This document shows, in pieces, positions 20,317-29,560 of a stretch of 64,000 nt of DNA. Made by a program: the position numbers and the translations under genes. This DNA is from Prochlorococcus sp. AG-418-I21 (lineage in GTDB: Bacteria; Cyanobacteriota; Cyanobacteriia; PCC-6307; Cyanobiaceae): assembly GCA_003214115.1 (NCBI GenBank), contig QCMA01000001.1:22905-86904 (forward strand), written 5' to 3'. Below the pieces are notes generated by a model, which saw nothing but the letters and a program-made list of their open reading frames with translations, made no database searches and was not told the origin of the DNA. Each line of letters starts with the position of its first letter. Positions within the stretch are counted from its first letter, which is position 1.

Positions 20317-21399
20317 ATGAGTCCTCGCTCATTAATCAAAGTTTTCCTTGTGAATCTCACCATACTGGGGATACTTCTTTTATGTGGAGAATTTGGATTT
20401 AGACTTCTAAGGTTTGCAAGAAGTTGTAAGATAACTTGTGATTTCTCATATCTTTCTATAATTACAAGTAGTCAGAGAAACAAATGGAGCCATGGAATCA
20501 GCAGGTTCAGTCAAGTTTTAGGTTATGAACCCAATAGCGATCTGAATCTTGTTATTAATGCAGTTGGTTGGAAAGATATTAAGGTATCGACTGATAGCAA
20601 TGGATTTCGAAATTCGAATCCAAACCCTGCTGCCAATTTCAAGATACTTACTGTTGGAGACAGTTACACTTTTGGAGACCAGGTTTCTGATAGTGACACC
20701 TGGCAAGCATGCCTGAACAAAAGGTTTAAAGATTATGAATTTGTGAATGCAGGTGTATTTGGATATGGCACACACCAAGCTCTATTGCGTTCTCAAGAGA
20801 TAATAAAAGAGAACCCATACAAATACGTAATTCTGCAAACACTTGTTGGAGAGAACTTTAAACGCGACCAATTAGACATTAGATCAGGTTTCGTGAAACC
20901 TTATTTAAAAAAATCTAATGGAAATATAGTTTTATCACCTCCCCCTCCTAGAAGCACCCCAAATACTAAGTATGGTCCACCTGAGATTTCGCTTGCAGAT
21001 TACCTCTTGGCGAATATAAGATTACTAGAAAAAGTCCCTCAGGCAAGCGGTTACCATTTCAATGCCTTTAGTAAAGTGAATGGAACTATTAACAGACGCG
21101 GAATAGACAGTGCTACTATTGAGGAAATTATCGAGCAAACAGTAAATTCTTCGACAACCCGAAGTATGCCCTTCATCTGGTTACTGCAATACAGAAGTAA
21201 AGTAGATCAAAATACTCTCAACGAAAGGAAGATTATCATAAGTAAACTTAAAAGCAAAAACATTGCGTTCATAGATACATTTAATGTTTTGCACATAAGC
21301 AAAATGTACTCCAAAGATCAATTATGGCGTGGTCATCACACCCCACTGGGCAACAAGATTGTGTGCCAGGAAATAGCTAGTCACTTAGAGTCACTTTAA
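20317..21399 (+). CDS. Membrane-anchored SGNH/GDSL hydrolase-fold protein (SxtL-like position)
   Basis: N-terminal TM (VFLVNLTILGILLLCGEFGFR), SNGFR, VGDSYTFG (block I), NAGVFGYGT (block II), GHHTPLGN (block V His). Confidence 0.85.
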   Translation: MSPRSLIKVFLVNLTILGILLLCGEFGFRLLRFARSCKITCDFSYLSIITSSQRNKWSHGISRFSQVLGYEPNSDLNLVINAVGWKDIKVSTDSNGFRNSNPNPAANFKILTVGDSYTFGDQVSDSDTWQACLNKRFKDYEFVNAGVFGYGTHQALLRSQEIIKENPYKYVILQTLVGENFKRDQLDIRSGFVKPYLKKSNGNIVLSPPPPRSTPNTKYGPPEISLADYLLANIRLLEKVPQASGYHFNAFSKVNGTINRRGIDSATIEEIIEQTVNSSTTRSMPFIWLLQYRSKVDQNTLNERKIIISKLKSKNIAFIDTFNVLHISKMYSKDQLWRGHHTPLGNKIVCQEIASHLESL

Positions 21400-21433
21400 T
21401 TAAATGTTGGCATATAAAATTCAAATCCTTATT

Positions 21434-21568
21434 TTAATTTCGAATCGTTAAGATTAAATCTATACTTGCTAACTGTTTTTCTTCGTCAATTTCCTGATAT
21501 TCCAGAAGAACGGAAGAGATTTGTGAACTGAAATCACTGAATTTCTCTTCAGAAAGCTCTATGCTAAA
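21434..21568 (-). pseudogene. Possible gene fragment without a start codon
   Basis: 44 open codons FSIELSEEKFSDFSSQISSVLLEYQEIDEEKQLASIDLILTIRN*, preceded in frame by TGA; no ATG/GTG/TTG. Confidence 0.3.
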
Positions 21569-21874
21569 TCAATTTAATTAATTGACTGCGGTCAAAATTT
21601 TCTTACCAAACAGAAATCCCAATTCCAAATATTAGAGTTAAAAATAATTTCTTCCCGTTAAATCCTTATGATTAATCTTAAAGATCCTTAGAATATCTAA
21701 ATTTGAAGAGTAAGGAACGTCCACTGACCTTTATGTACTAAGTTCAAAAAGTAATCGCTATGTTTACCTTAGTCATTAAGCTATGCGTTAATTAGTGATC
21801 ACTATGAATTAGGTTTAAATAATATTTTTATCCACGACAATCGCTTAGAACGTACTCTCTGAATGCGTTATCTC

Positions 21875-21926
21875 TACCCACCATTTTTACTCCAGATATT
21901 CGTTTTACCAACCAATTTACCCACCA
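21875..21926. repeat. Three TACC(C/A)ACCA direct repeats, integrase arm-type-like
   Basis: TACCCACCA 21875-21883, TACCAACCA 21906-21914, TACCCACCA 21918-21926. Confidence 0.7.
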
Positions 21927-21944
21927 GTTTGTTGACTTAATATT

Positions 21945-22040
21945 GAACCGGTGTGAACTTGTAAGAACCTCATATTCGGGCATCAGTAGTAATATTAATA
22001 GATCTGAATCTTCAGCGAACTTTTATAAACTTCCACGAAC
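21945..22040. repeat. Two arrays of 10-bp-phased GAAC motifs
   Basis: GAAC at 21945, 21955, 21965; GAAC/AAAC/GAAC at 22017, 22027, 22037. Confidence 0.5.
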
Positions 22041-22050
22041 CAAATAATTA

Positions 22051-22139
22051 CGGAGAGGGAGGGATTCGAACCCTCGACAAAAGTTACCTCCTGTAACTCC
22101 TTAGCAGGGAGCCGCTTTCAACCACTCAGCCACCTCTCC
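22051..22139 (-). tRNA. tRNA-Ser(GCT)
   Basis: GGAGAGG/CCTCTCC acceptor stem, GCTCC-CT-GCT-AA-GGAGT anticodon arm, long variable arm, GGTTCGAATCC; CCA not encoded. Confidence 0.97.
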
Positions 22140-22200
22140 AGTTCTTATACATTATCAATTTTTTTGCAAACATTCAAAATTTTTTATTTAATCGAAATGT

Positions 22201-23400
22201 CTAATCAACTTGAACTCTCGGCAATCTATTTTTAAAAGAACAAAGAATTTCCCAAGGTATAGTATTAGATTTTCTTGCCCATTCAAGAGGAGAAATTGTT
22301 TTATCTCCATCAGATCCTAGTAATACCACGGTACTACCAACTTTAATTTCACTTGAACCTGTTATGTCCACCATCATTTGATCCATAGTTATGGATCCAA
22401 CTTGGGGATAAAGTTTATCATTATGTATAACGTTTATCTTTCCTGAAAGATTTCTTGGTACTCCATCTGCGTATCCAATACTTAATACAGCTAAATTTGT
22501 TTTTCTATTACTTACAAATTTTCCTCCATAACTTACACCAACACCTGGATCAATAGTTCTAATAAAAGCTACTTTAGCTTTCAAAAATAAAGCTGGTTTA
22601 AGTGATAAATTTTTATCTATTTTGTCAAAAGGACGGTATCCATACATAGAAAGCCCAACACGTACCATGTGAAAATGAAAATCTTTGTTAATAAGCATTC
22701 CCGCAGAATTAGCCAAATGAATCTTAATTTCATTATTTCGATAAAGATTAATTTGCTTTAATAATTCATTAAACTTCAGTCTTTGTAGTTGTGTAATACT
22801 TTTAGGATCTAATGCGTTATCTTCATCTGCAGAAGATAAATGACTATATATTCCTTCTATTAAAATGTTCTCAAAAGATTTTATTTTTTCAAATTGCTGA
22901 ACAAATTTATTATATTCAAATCCTAATCTTGACATTCCCGTATCAACTTTAAGATGTAAGAGAAATTTCAATCCAAATTGCTTACCAATGTTATTGCAAA
23001 TTAAACATTCTCTTATACTACTGATAGTTGGCATAAGATCATTTTTAAAACATATGATAAGGTCTCTTTTCGTATAAAGATTTCCGAGGATAAGTATTGG
23101 TTTTTTAACTCCTGAAGAACGAAGCTTAATGCCTTCATTTAATGTGGCAACCCCTAATTGAGATGCTCCACCTTTGATAGCATACTCTGATACTAATTTC
23201 GCATCATGTCCATATCCATCAGCTTTAACGACTGCCATAAATTGACAATTTTTGCTTAATTTTGATCTTAACTGTCTAACATTTGTTTCTATTGCTTTAC
23301 CTTTAACTTCAATCCATGCTCTTTGTTTTAGATCTATATCTTTTTCAAAATTTGGAAATTTGTCAAAATTAAATACCTGATTTGTTTGCCTATTTTGCAT
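22201..23400 (-). CDS. alr: Alanine racemase
   Basis: AVVKADGYGH (PLP Lys), HLKVDTGMSRLG, GYADG, TMDQ. Confidence 0.96.
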   Translation of the reverse strand: MQNRQTNQVFNFDKFPNFEKDIDLKQRAWIEVKGKAIETNVRQLRSKLSKNCQFMAVVKADGYGHDAKLVSEYAIKGGASQLGVATLNEGIKLRSSGVKKPILILGNLYTKRDLIICFKNDLMPTISSIRECLICNNIGKQFGLKFLLHLKVDTGMSRLGFEYNKFVQQFEKIKSFENILIEGIYSHLSSADEDNALDPKSITQLQRLKFNELLKQINLYRNNEIKIHLANSAGMLINKDFHFHMVRVGLSMYGYRPFDKIDKNLSLKPALFLKAKVAFIRTIDPGVGVSYGGKFVSNRKTNLAVLSIGYADGVPRNLSGKINVIHNDKLYPQVGSITMDQMMVDITGSSEIKVGSTVVLLGSDGDKTISPLEWARKSNTIPWEILCSFKNRLPRVQVD

Positions 23401-23468
23401 TAACTTTGCACAAATATATGCGCTTATTGAAATATACAGTTAGCATGACATGTAAATTGTATTTTGGC

Positions 23469-23975
23469 ATGGGCCAGACTCTAGTTTTAAATGCATCTTA
23501 TGAACCTTTAAACATCACTTCCTGGCGAAGAGCAGTAATTTTGATGATTAAAGGTAAAGCAGAAAGCTTAGAGGAAGATAAAACATATTCAATTCATAGC
23601 GGGAAAAAGTTGCCTACAGTTATAAGACTTCGTTACTACGTCAAAGTTCCTTTTAGAGAGGTTTCTTTAACAAGAAAAAATATTCTTCTGAGAGATAATA
23701 ATTCATGCCAATACTGTAACTATAGGGGGAGTGACCTATCAATAGATCATGTTTTACCGAGAAGCAGAGGTGGAACAGATAACTGGGAAAATGTTACTAC
23801 AGCATGTCTCAGATGTAATGTTCAAAAAGGTAATCGAACCCCCGAAGAGGCAAATATGCCCTTAAAACGTCGGCCTTATCGTCCATTAAGTAATCTAAAT
23901 TTTGAAGCTACAAGACAAATTGACTCTGGCAAGCATAAAGAATGGAGTAAATACGTAATAGGGGTTGCAATCTAA
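23469..23975 (+). CDS. HNH endonuclease (McrA-like)
   Basis: LVLNASYEPL, RDNNSCQYC, SIDHVLPRSRGG, WENVTTACLRCN. ATG 23469 preferred over the track start 23382, which overlaps alr. Confidence 0.9.
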   Translation: MGQTLVLNASYEPLNITSWRRAVILMIKGKAESLEEDKTYSIHSGKKLPTVIRLRYYVKVPFREVSLTRKNILLRDNNSCQYCNYRGSDLSIDHVLPRSRGGTDNWENVTTACLRCNVQKGNRTPEEANMPLKRRPYRPLSNLNFEATRQIDSGKHKEWSKYVIGVAI

Positions 23976-23985
23976 TAAAAAAATC

Positions 23986-25080
23986 TTAATTTACTTCTTT
24001 ATTAAAATCTTCCATCATTCTTTTTTGTTCTTGAGCTATGCATGCATTAATCACTTCTTCTAATTGACCAGCAAGAATTGGTTCAAGAGAAAAATTGGAA
24101 CCTAATCTATGATCAGTTGTCCTGTTATCTTTAAAATTATAAGTTCTGATTTTTTCACTTCTATCGCCTGTTCCAACCTGGGAAAGCCTTTGTGATCTCT
24201 CTTTTGCATTAGCTTCTTTTAATTGAATTTCATACAATTTAGCTCTTAAAATTTCCATTGCTCGTTCGCGATTTTGCAATTGTGATCTTTCTTGAGTACA
24301 AAAAACTCTTATTCCTGTAGGCTTGTGGAGAAGATCAATAGCTGTCTCTACCTTATTAACATTTTGTCCCCCTGCACCTCCTGATCTTGCTGTTCCAACC
24401 TCTAGATCTGTTGGATCAATTTTAACCTCAACAGGATCAGCCTCAGGCATAACTGCAACTGTAGCAGTAGAGGTGTGAACTCTACCTTGAGATTCAGTAG
24501 CTGGAACTCTTTGGACTCTGTGTACACCAGCCTCAAATTTAAGTTGACTATATACAGAATCTCCCTTAACGGAGATAACTAACTCCTTAAATCCACCCAT
24601 ATCTGACTCGGAAGCACTAACAGGTTTTACAGACCATCCAATTTTTTGTCCATATCTTTCATACATTCTTGCTAAATCACCCGCCCAGATACAAGCCTCG
24701 TTACCTCCAGCACCGGCTCTAATTTCTAACATTACACTTCTTTCATCTCTTGGGTCTTTTGGCAATAAGGCGATTGTGGTTTTTTGAATCAGTTCACTCT
24801 TAGATTCTTCTAGAGTTATTAACTCCTCATTAATCAAAGATTCCATTTCTTTATCATTTCTATTCTCTTTAAGTAGATTTTTTGAATCTTCGATTTCTTT
24901 ATCAGTATCAAGCAACTTATTAAAATCAATCACCAAAGGTTCCAATTTTGACCTTTCTCTTGCTATGGATTCTAATTTTTTTGGATCATTAGCTATATCA
25001 GGATCTGCAAGTTGCACTTCCAAATTTTCAAAACTTTCTGAAGCAGTTTTCAACCTTGCAATTAATGTTGAGTATTCCAA
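23986..25080 (-). CDS. prfA: Peptide chain release factor 1
   Basis: PAT motif (RVPATES) and GAGGQNVN. Confidence 0.97.
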   Translation of the reverse strand: MEYSTLIARLKTASESFENLEVQLADPDIANDPKKLESIARERSKLEPLVIDFNKLLDTDKEIEDSKNLLKENRNDKEMESLINEELITLEESKSELIQKTTIALLPKDPRDERSVMLEIRAGAGGNEACIWAGDLARMYERYGQKIGWSVKPVSASESDMGGFKELVISVKGDSVYSQLKFEAGVHRVQRVPATESQGRVHTSTATVAVMPEADPVEVKIDPTDLEVGTARSGGAGGQNVNKVETAIDLLHKPTGIRVFCTQERSQLQNRERAMEILRAKLYEIQLKEANAKERSQRLSQVGTGDRSEKIRTYNFKDNRTTDHRLGSNFSLEPILAGQLEEVINACIAQEQKRMMEDFNKEVN

Positions 25081-25107
25081 TTGAAATTGTGCTTAATTTT
25101 GAAAATT

Positions 25108-25368
25108 CTATTTTTTAGAATCTTTTTCTTCTTTTTGATCTTTTGATGTGGCTGAATTAGCTGAACCCATCCCATATTTTTTCATAAACCTATCAACCCT
25201 ACCTTCTGTATCAAGAATCTTTTGAGTTCCGGTGAAGAAGGGATGATTTCCACTCCAAACATCAACATGTAATTCAGGCTGCGTGGAGCCAGTAGTCATT
25301 ACAACCTCTCCATTACAAATGACTTTTGCATCTGGATACCATTTTGGGTGTATTTCTGATTTTGGCAT
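25108..25368 (-). CDS. rpmE: 50S ribosomal protein L31
   Basis: IHPKW, DVWSGNHPFFTG, GRVDRF. Confidence 0.96.
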   Translation of the reverse strand: MPKSEIHPKWYPDAKVICNGEVVMTTGSTQPELHVDVWSGNHPFFTGTQKILDTEGRVDRFMKKYGMGSANSATSKDQKEEKDSKK

Positions 25369-25381
25369 AATTTAAATTCCT

Positions 25382-25792
25382 TTAACGTTTAGAGAATTGA
25401 GGAGCTTTTCTTGCTTTTTTAAGACCATATTTTCTTCTTTCCTTAGCTCTAGGATCTCTACTGAGATGGCCTTCCGTTTTTAGCGGCTTTCTATTGTCAG
25501 GAGATAATTCGCAAAGTGCTCGAGCTGCCCCTTGCTTTATAGCATCTGCTTGGCCAGTCAATCCACCACCAAAAACATTTACTAAAATATCATAAGAATT
25601 TTCAAGGCCTAATGTTTGCAAAGGTGCTTTTATTGAATTTAAGTGCAGGGGATTAAAGTTCAAGTAATCATCTCCAGCACGACCATTAATTTTTATTAGT
25701 CCATTTCCTGGAATCAAGCGAACTCTAGCTACTGAAGTTTTTCTTCTTCCAGTTCCCCAATACACAGCTTTGTTTGTTATTTGACTATTCAT
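25382..25792 (-). CDS. rpsI: 30S ribosomal protein S9
   Basis: [12 protein letters not shown]; [11 protein letters not shown]. Confidence 0.98.
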   Translation of the reverse strand: MNSQITNKAVYWGTGRRKTSVARVRLIPGNGLIKINGRAGDDYLNFNPLHLNSIKAPLQTLGLENSYDILVNVFGGGLTGQADAIKQGAARALCELSPDNRKPLKTEGHLSRDPRAKERRKYGLKKARKAPQFSKR

Positions 25793-25801
25793 TTTAATAA
25801 A

Positions 25802-26233
25802 TTAACTATCTAATAATACAGGATTCTGAGCAGCATGAGGATGATCAGCACCTTTATAAACTTTTAGTTTTTTAAATTGCTGTCTTCCTAAAGAATTATG
25901 AGGCAGCATTCCCTTAACAGCTTGCTCGATGATTCTTTCAGGAATTCTTTCTTGTAAAGACTCAAATTTTTCAATTTTCATTCCTCCTGGTCTTCCAGAA
26001 TGCCTCCTGTATAATTTCTGTGATGCTTTTTTACCTGTTACCTCAACTTTCTCGGCATTTACTACAATGACAAAATCTCCTGTATCTAAATGAGGTGTAA
26101 ATGTAGGTTTATTCTTACCTCTCAATACAGTTGCAATTTCTGTAGCAAGTCTACCAAGCGTCTTATCTTTTGCGTCAACTAAAAACCAATTTCTTTCAAT
26201 TGTTTCTAAAGATGGCGTAATTGTTTTATTCAT
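25802..26233 (-). CDS. rplM: 50S ribosomal protein L13
   Basis: [25 protein letters not shown]. Confidence 0.98.
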   Translation of the reverse strand: MNKTITPSLETIERNWFLVDAKDKTLGRLATEIATVLRGKNKPTFTPHLDTGDFVIVVNAEKVEVTGKKASQKLYRRHSGRPGGMKIEKFESLQERIPERIIEQAVKGMLPHNSLGRQQFKKLKVYKGADHPHAAQNPVLLDS

Positions 26234-26347
26234 TTACCAAATTACTGCAAATAAATTTAAATTAGTCTTTGATTCTACCTTATTGAAGGAATATTAAACA
26301 ACAGTTTTGAATGATTTGCACAAAAAATTCGCTTAATTAAACCTTAC

Positions 26348-27154
26348 TTAAGAAAAACCCTTAATTAAAAATACAGGGAAAAAATCATTATTATTAATCT
26401 TTTTAAAAACATTTTCTTCATAAACAGCATTTACAAAACATAACCCCTTAGCTGGAGCAGATTCTTTAACATCATTTTTCTTTTTGTTTACCCATCTATC
26501 TGTAAAAATTTCTGGCGATATTTTGTTTTCTCCAACTAAAACTAGTTGACCAATAATTAAGCGGACCATTCCATATAGAAAACCAGTAGCTTTAATATCA
26601 ACAAAAATCAAATCTTCTACTCTTTTAATATCTATATTTTTTATTTTTGTAATTGAGTTTGTTCTATTACTACCGCTTTTCTGAAAAGCAAAAAAATCAT
26701 ATTCTCCTATCATTTTCCTGGATGCATTTAACATTAAAACTTCATCTAATACTTTTTGATATCTATGCCATGACCAATTATTGATGAACAAGTTTGGAAA
26801 TTTACTGTTATTAATGACATATCGATAATGTCTATAAATTGCTGAATAGCATGCATGCCAACTATCTTTTACCTCAACTGACTCCAAGATCCTAATTGAT
26901 GAGGGTAAAAGACTATTTAAGACATCAGAATAACTGTTTCCTGGAACAACACAATCAACATCAAAGTGTACTACTTGGCCTGATGCGTGTACCCCAGCAT
27001 CAGTCCTACCTGCTGCAAAAGTCTTTACTGTATGATTCGTAATCTTTAGGAGAGCTCTGTCTAAAATTTCTTGAACAGTAGTTGCATTTTTTTGTTTTTG
27101 CCAACCTGAATAATGAGATCCATCATATTGGACTAGTAAAGCTACCCTTTTCAA
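26348..27154 (-). CDS. truA: tRNA pseudouridine(38-40) synthase
   Basis: YDGSHYSGWQ, AGRTDAGVHA, FLYGMVR. Confidence 0.96.
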   Translation of the reverse strand: MKRVALLVQYDGSHYSGWQKQKNATTVQEILDRALLKITNHTVKTFAAGRTDAGVHASGQVVHFDVDCVVPGNSYSDVLNSLLPSSIRILESVEVKDSWHACYSAIYRHYRYVINNSKFPNLFINNWSWHRYQKVLDEVLMLNASRKMIGEYDFFAFQKSGSNRTNSITKIKNIDIKRVEDLIFVDIKATGFLYGMVRLIIGQLVLVGENKISPEIFTDRWVNKKKNDVKESAPAKGLCFVNAVYEENVFKKINNNDFFPVFLIKGFS

Positions 27155-27191
27155 AAGTTATTTTTTAGTAAAAGCCCTTTAATTAACTTAC

Positions 27192-27542
27192 TTAAACAAG
27201 CTCGATTATGGCCATCTGAGCGTTATCACCTTTTCTTGATACAGTTCTAACTATGCGTGTATAACCACCATCTCTGTCTCCATATCTTTCCTTTGCTTTT
27301 TCAAATAATGAATGAACTAATTTTTTATCATAAATATATCCAATAGCCCTTCTCCTAGAAGCCAAACTCCCCTCTTTGGCGAGTGAAATCATTCTTTCAG
27401 CCTCATTTCTTAAAGCTTTAGCACGAGCTTTTGTTGTAGTTACTCTACCTTCCCTAATTAATTGTGTAGTTAAACCTCTTAGAAGCGCTTTCCTCTGGTC
27501 AGCAGGTTTACTTAATAATGGAATTCTAAGTTGGTGTCTCAT
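27192..27542 (-). CDS. rplQ: 50S ribosomal protein L17
   Basis: [29 protein letters not shown]. Confidence 0.98.
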   Translation of the reverse strand: MRHQLRIPLLSKPADQRKALLRGLTTQLIREGRVTTTKARAKALRNEAERMISLAKEGSLASRRRAIGYIYDKKLVHSLFEKAKERYGDRDGGYTRIVRTVSRKGDNAQMAIIELV

Positions 27543-27556
27543 AATCTTTAAAATTG

Positions 27557-28495
27557 TTAAACAGATGTTCTGCTTTGTGGAATAGAAATGCCGATGCGCT
27601 CAAGAGCCTCAATAACTTCATCTGCAGATTTAGAGCCAAAGTTCTTAATTTCAAGAAGATCTTCATAACTGAAGCCCATTAAATCCGAAACCGAGTTAAC
27701 TTGCGCCCTTTTCAAACAATTATATGCTCTAACGGACAAATTTAGTTCCTCTAGAGGAATTTGAGCTTCAGGAGATGGTTCAGGTTCTTCAGGAATCTCC
27801 TCAACCATAGTGACAGTCGCAAGGGGTTGAAAAAGTTCTATTAACTGATTTGCAGCTTCAGCAATAGCATCGTCAGGACTTGTTGAACCGTCAGTTACGA
27901 CTTCCATTTTTAATCTTTCTCTTCCCGTTCCGCCTTCTGCTACAGCAGTTTCATCAATGGTAAAATTCACTCTCTTCACTGGCATAAATACAGCATCTAT
28001 TTGAAGTAAGTCAATTGCAGTTGTCTCTTCACTCTTTCGGTCTACAGGTCTATATCCAACACCTCTTTCAACATGGATTTCCAACTCTAAGTTATGACCC
28101 TCCTGGATAGTCGCAATCGGTTTTTCACCATCAACAATTTCAACTTGAGAAGAAAATTGGATGTCATTTGCCTTCACCTCCATTGGACCACTCGCTACTA
28201 ACCTGCCAATTTCGAGCTCTGGATTTAAACTATTTATTGATAGTTGCTTGCAATTAAGAAGAATATCTAAAACATCTTCTCTAACTCCAGGAATAGTGGC
28301 ATATTCATGATTAATTCCTGCTATTCTTACTGCAGTAACTGCACTCCCTTCAAGTCCTCCCATAAGGACTCTTCTAAGGGAATTACCCAAAGTTGTAGCT
28401 TGTCCCCTTTCTAGAGGGCCAATTAAAAAAGTTCCTGTTTGGGAGCGATCATCTGCTACTTGATGGTCGATTCTGTCAATCTGGTATTGCAACAC
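27557..28495 (-). CDS. rpoA: RNA polymerase alpha subunit
   Basis: [16 protein letters not shown]; [11 protein letters not shown]; NFGSKS. Confidence 0.98.
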   Translation of the reverse strand: MLQYQIDRIDHQVADDRSQTGTFLIGPLERGQATTLGNSLRRVLMGGLEGSAVTAVRIAGINHEYATIPGVREDVLDILLNCKQLSINSLNPELEIGRLVASGPMEVKANDIQFSSQVEIVDGEKPIATIQEGHNLELEIHVERGVGYRPVDRKSEETTAIDLLQIDAVFMPVKRVNFTIDETAVAEGGTGRERLKMEVVTDGSTSPDDAIAEAANQLIELFQPLATVTMVEEIPEEPEPSPEAQIPLEELNLSVRAYNCLKRAQVNSVSDLMGFSYEDLLEIKNFGSKSADEVIEALERIGISIPQSRTSV

Positions 28496-28554
28496 GGAAA
28501 ATAATGAGGTTAAGAGTTGTTTTTTTTGAGGGGGGGGTTGAGAATGGTTAAGAC

Positions 28555-28947
28555 CTAAACGCGTCTTCGTTTAGGTCTTCTACATCCATTATGAGGTAAT
28601 GGAGTTACATCTCTTATTAGAGTTATTTCTAATCCGGCCACTTGTAAAGCTCTTATGGCCGTTTCCCTACCTGCGCCAGGCCCTCTAACTAGTACTTCTA
28701 TTTGTCTCATACCTTGATCAAGTGCTCTTCTAGCTGCAGCTTCGGCGGCTGTTTGAGCAGCAAATGGCGTACCTTTCCTAGCTCCTTTAAATCCACTTGC
28801 GCCTGCAGAAGACCAAGAAATTACATGACCAGAGGTGTCAGTAATTGAGACGATAGTATTATTAAATGTGCTTTGGATATGTACCACACCGTTAGGTACA
28901 TTTCGTTTAGATTTCTTTGAACCTGTTTTTTTTACTGTAGCTGCCAT
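28555..28947 (-). CDS. rpsK: 30S ribosomal protein S11
   Basis: STFNNTIV; [13 protein letters not shown]. Confidence 0.98.
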   Translation of the reverse strand: MAATVKKTGSKKSKRNVPNGVVHIQSTFNNTIVSITDTSGHVISWSSAGASGFKGARKGTPFAAQTAAEAAARRALDQGMRQIEVLVRGPGAGRETAIRALQVAGLEITLIRDVTPLPHNGCRRPKRRRV

Positions 28948-28991
28948 GATGTTTTAAGTTAATACTTCAATTTGTAAATAGATTTAGTTAT

Positions 28992-29357
28992 TTATTTTTT
29001 TCTTCCAGCAACTGTTTTCCTAGACCCGCGTCTTGTTCTTGCATTGGTTCTAGTTCTTTGACCCCTTACTGGAAGACTCATTCTATGTCTTCTTCCTCTT
29101 ACACACCCTATATCTTGTAGACGTTTTAAAGCCATTCCCTCTTTTCTTCTCAAATCCCCTTCTAAAGTGAATTCTTCTGTGGCACCTCTTAGTTTTTGTA
29201 CATCAGAATCTGAAAGGTCTTTGACACGAGTATCAGGGTTTACACCCGTATTAGCAAGAATTAGCTTTGATCTCGTTAAACCAATTCCATAGACGTATGT
29301 AAGTGCAATTTCAACTCGCTTTTCGCGAGGTATGTCAATTCCTGCAATCCTGGCCAC
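28992..29357 (-). CDS. rpsM: 30S ribosomal protein S13
   Basis: ARIAGIDIP; [15 protein letters not shown]. Confidence 0.98.
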   Translation of the reverse strand: MARIAGIDIPREKRVEIALTYVYGIGLTRSKLILANTGVNPDTRVKDLSDSDVQKLRGATEEFTLEGDLRRKEGMALKRLQDIGCVRGRRHRMSLPVRGQRTRTNARTRRGSRKTVAGRKK

Positions 29358-29398
29358 GTGTTTTGAATAAGTAAAAGTTTGAATTTGAGGGTTGAAAT

Positions 29399-29515
29399 TT
29401 AACCCTGACGTTGTTTATTACGAGGTCTTTTCTTGTTAATAACATAGATTTTACCTCTTCTCCTCACGATCTGATCGTCAGGACTAATTTTTTTGACTGA
29501 AGATCTGACCTTCAT
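29399..29515 (-). CDS. rpmJ: 50S ribosomal protein L36, Cys-free type (38 aa; not in ORF track)
   Basis: Manual translation [38 protein letters not shown]; canonical position before rpsM. Confidence 0.96.
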   Translation of the reverse strand: MKVRSSVKKISPDDQIVRRRGKIYVINKKRPRNKQRQG

Positions 29516-29560
29516 AGGGGTTTAACAAATAAAACGTTAATACTATATTCTACATCATCA

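Larger units (their letters stand above)
17820..22050. mobile_element. Accessory islet at the 3' end of tRNA-Ser(GCT), no integrase left
   Basis: Four-gene non-housekeeping operon with locally higher GC, ~650 bp of non-coding/relic DNA and att-arm-like repeats abutting the tRNA 3' end. Left boundary is approximate; no tRNA-end duplication found. Confidence 0.65.

Noticed and set aside
20181-20402. 73-aa ORF from the track
   Set aside because: Shadow frame overlapping the real SxtK-like peptide (20149-20310) and the SGNH start.
17894-21399. Saxitoxin biosynthesis cluster
   Set aside because: Only sxtI/J/K/L-like genes are present; no sxtA, sxtG, sxtB or other core genes in the window.
21509-21530. 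CGGAAGAGATTTGTGAAC as a degenerate duplicate of the tRNA-Ser 3' end (second att site)
   Set aside because: Too few matches to CGGAGAGGGAGGGATTCGAACC; no convincing direct repeat at the left islet boundary either.
21734-21746. TGTACTAAGTTCA as a LexA box in the islet
   Set aside because: Spacer between GTAC and GTTC is 3 nt rather than the 4 nt of the cyanobacterial consensus.
21875-22040. CRISPR array
   Set aside because: Repeats are only 4-9 bp with no repeat-spacer periodicity, and there are no cas genes.
23469-23975. HNH gene as a mobile homing endonuclease or defence system
   Set aside because: Composition matches host genes; no intron, intein, methylase or element ends; resembles the widespread stand-alone chromosomal HNH family.
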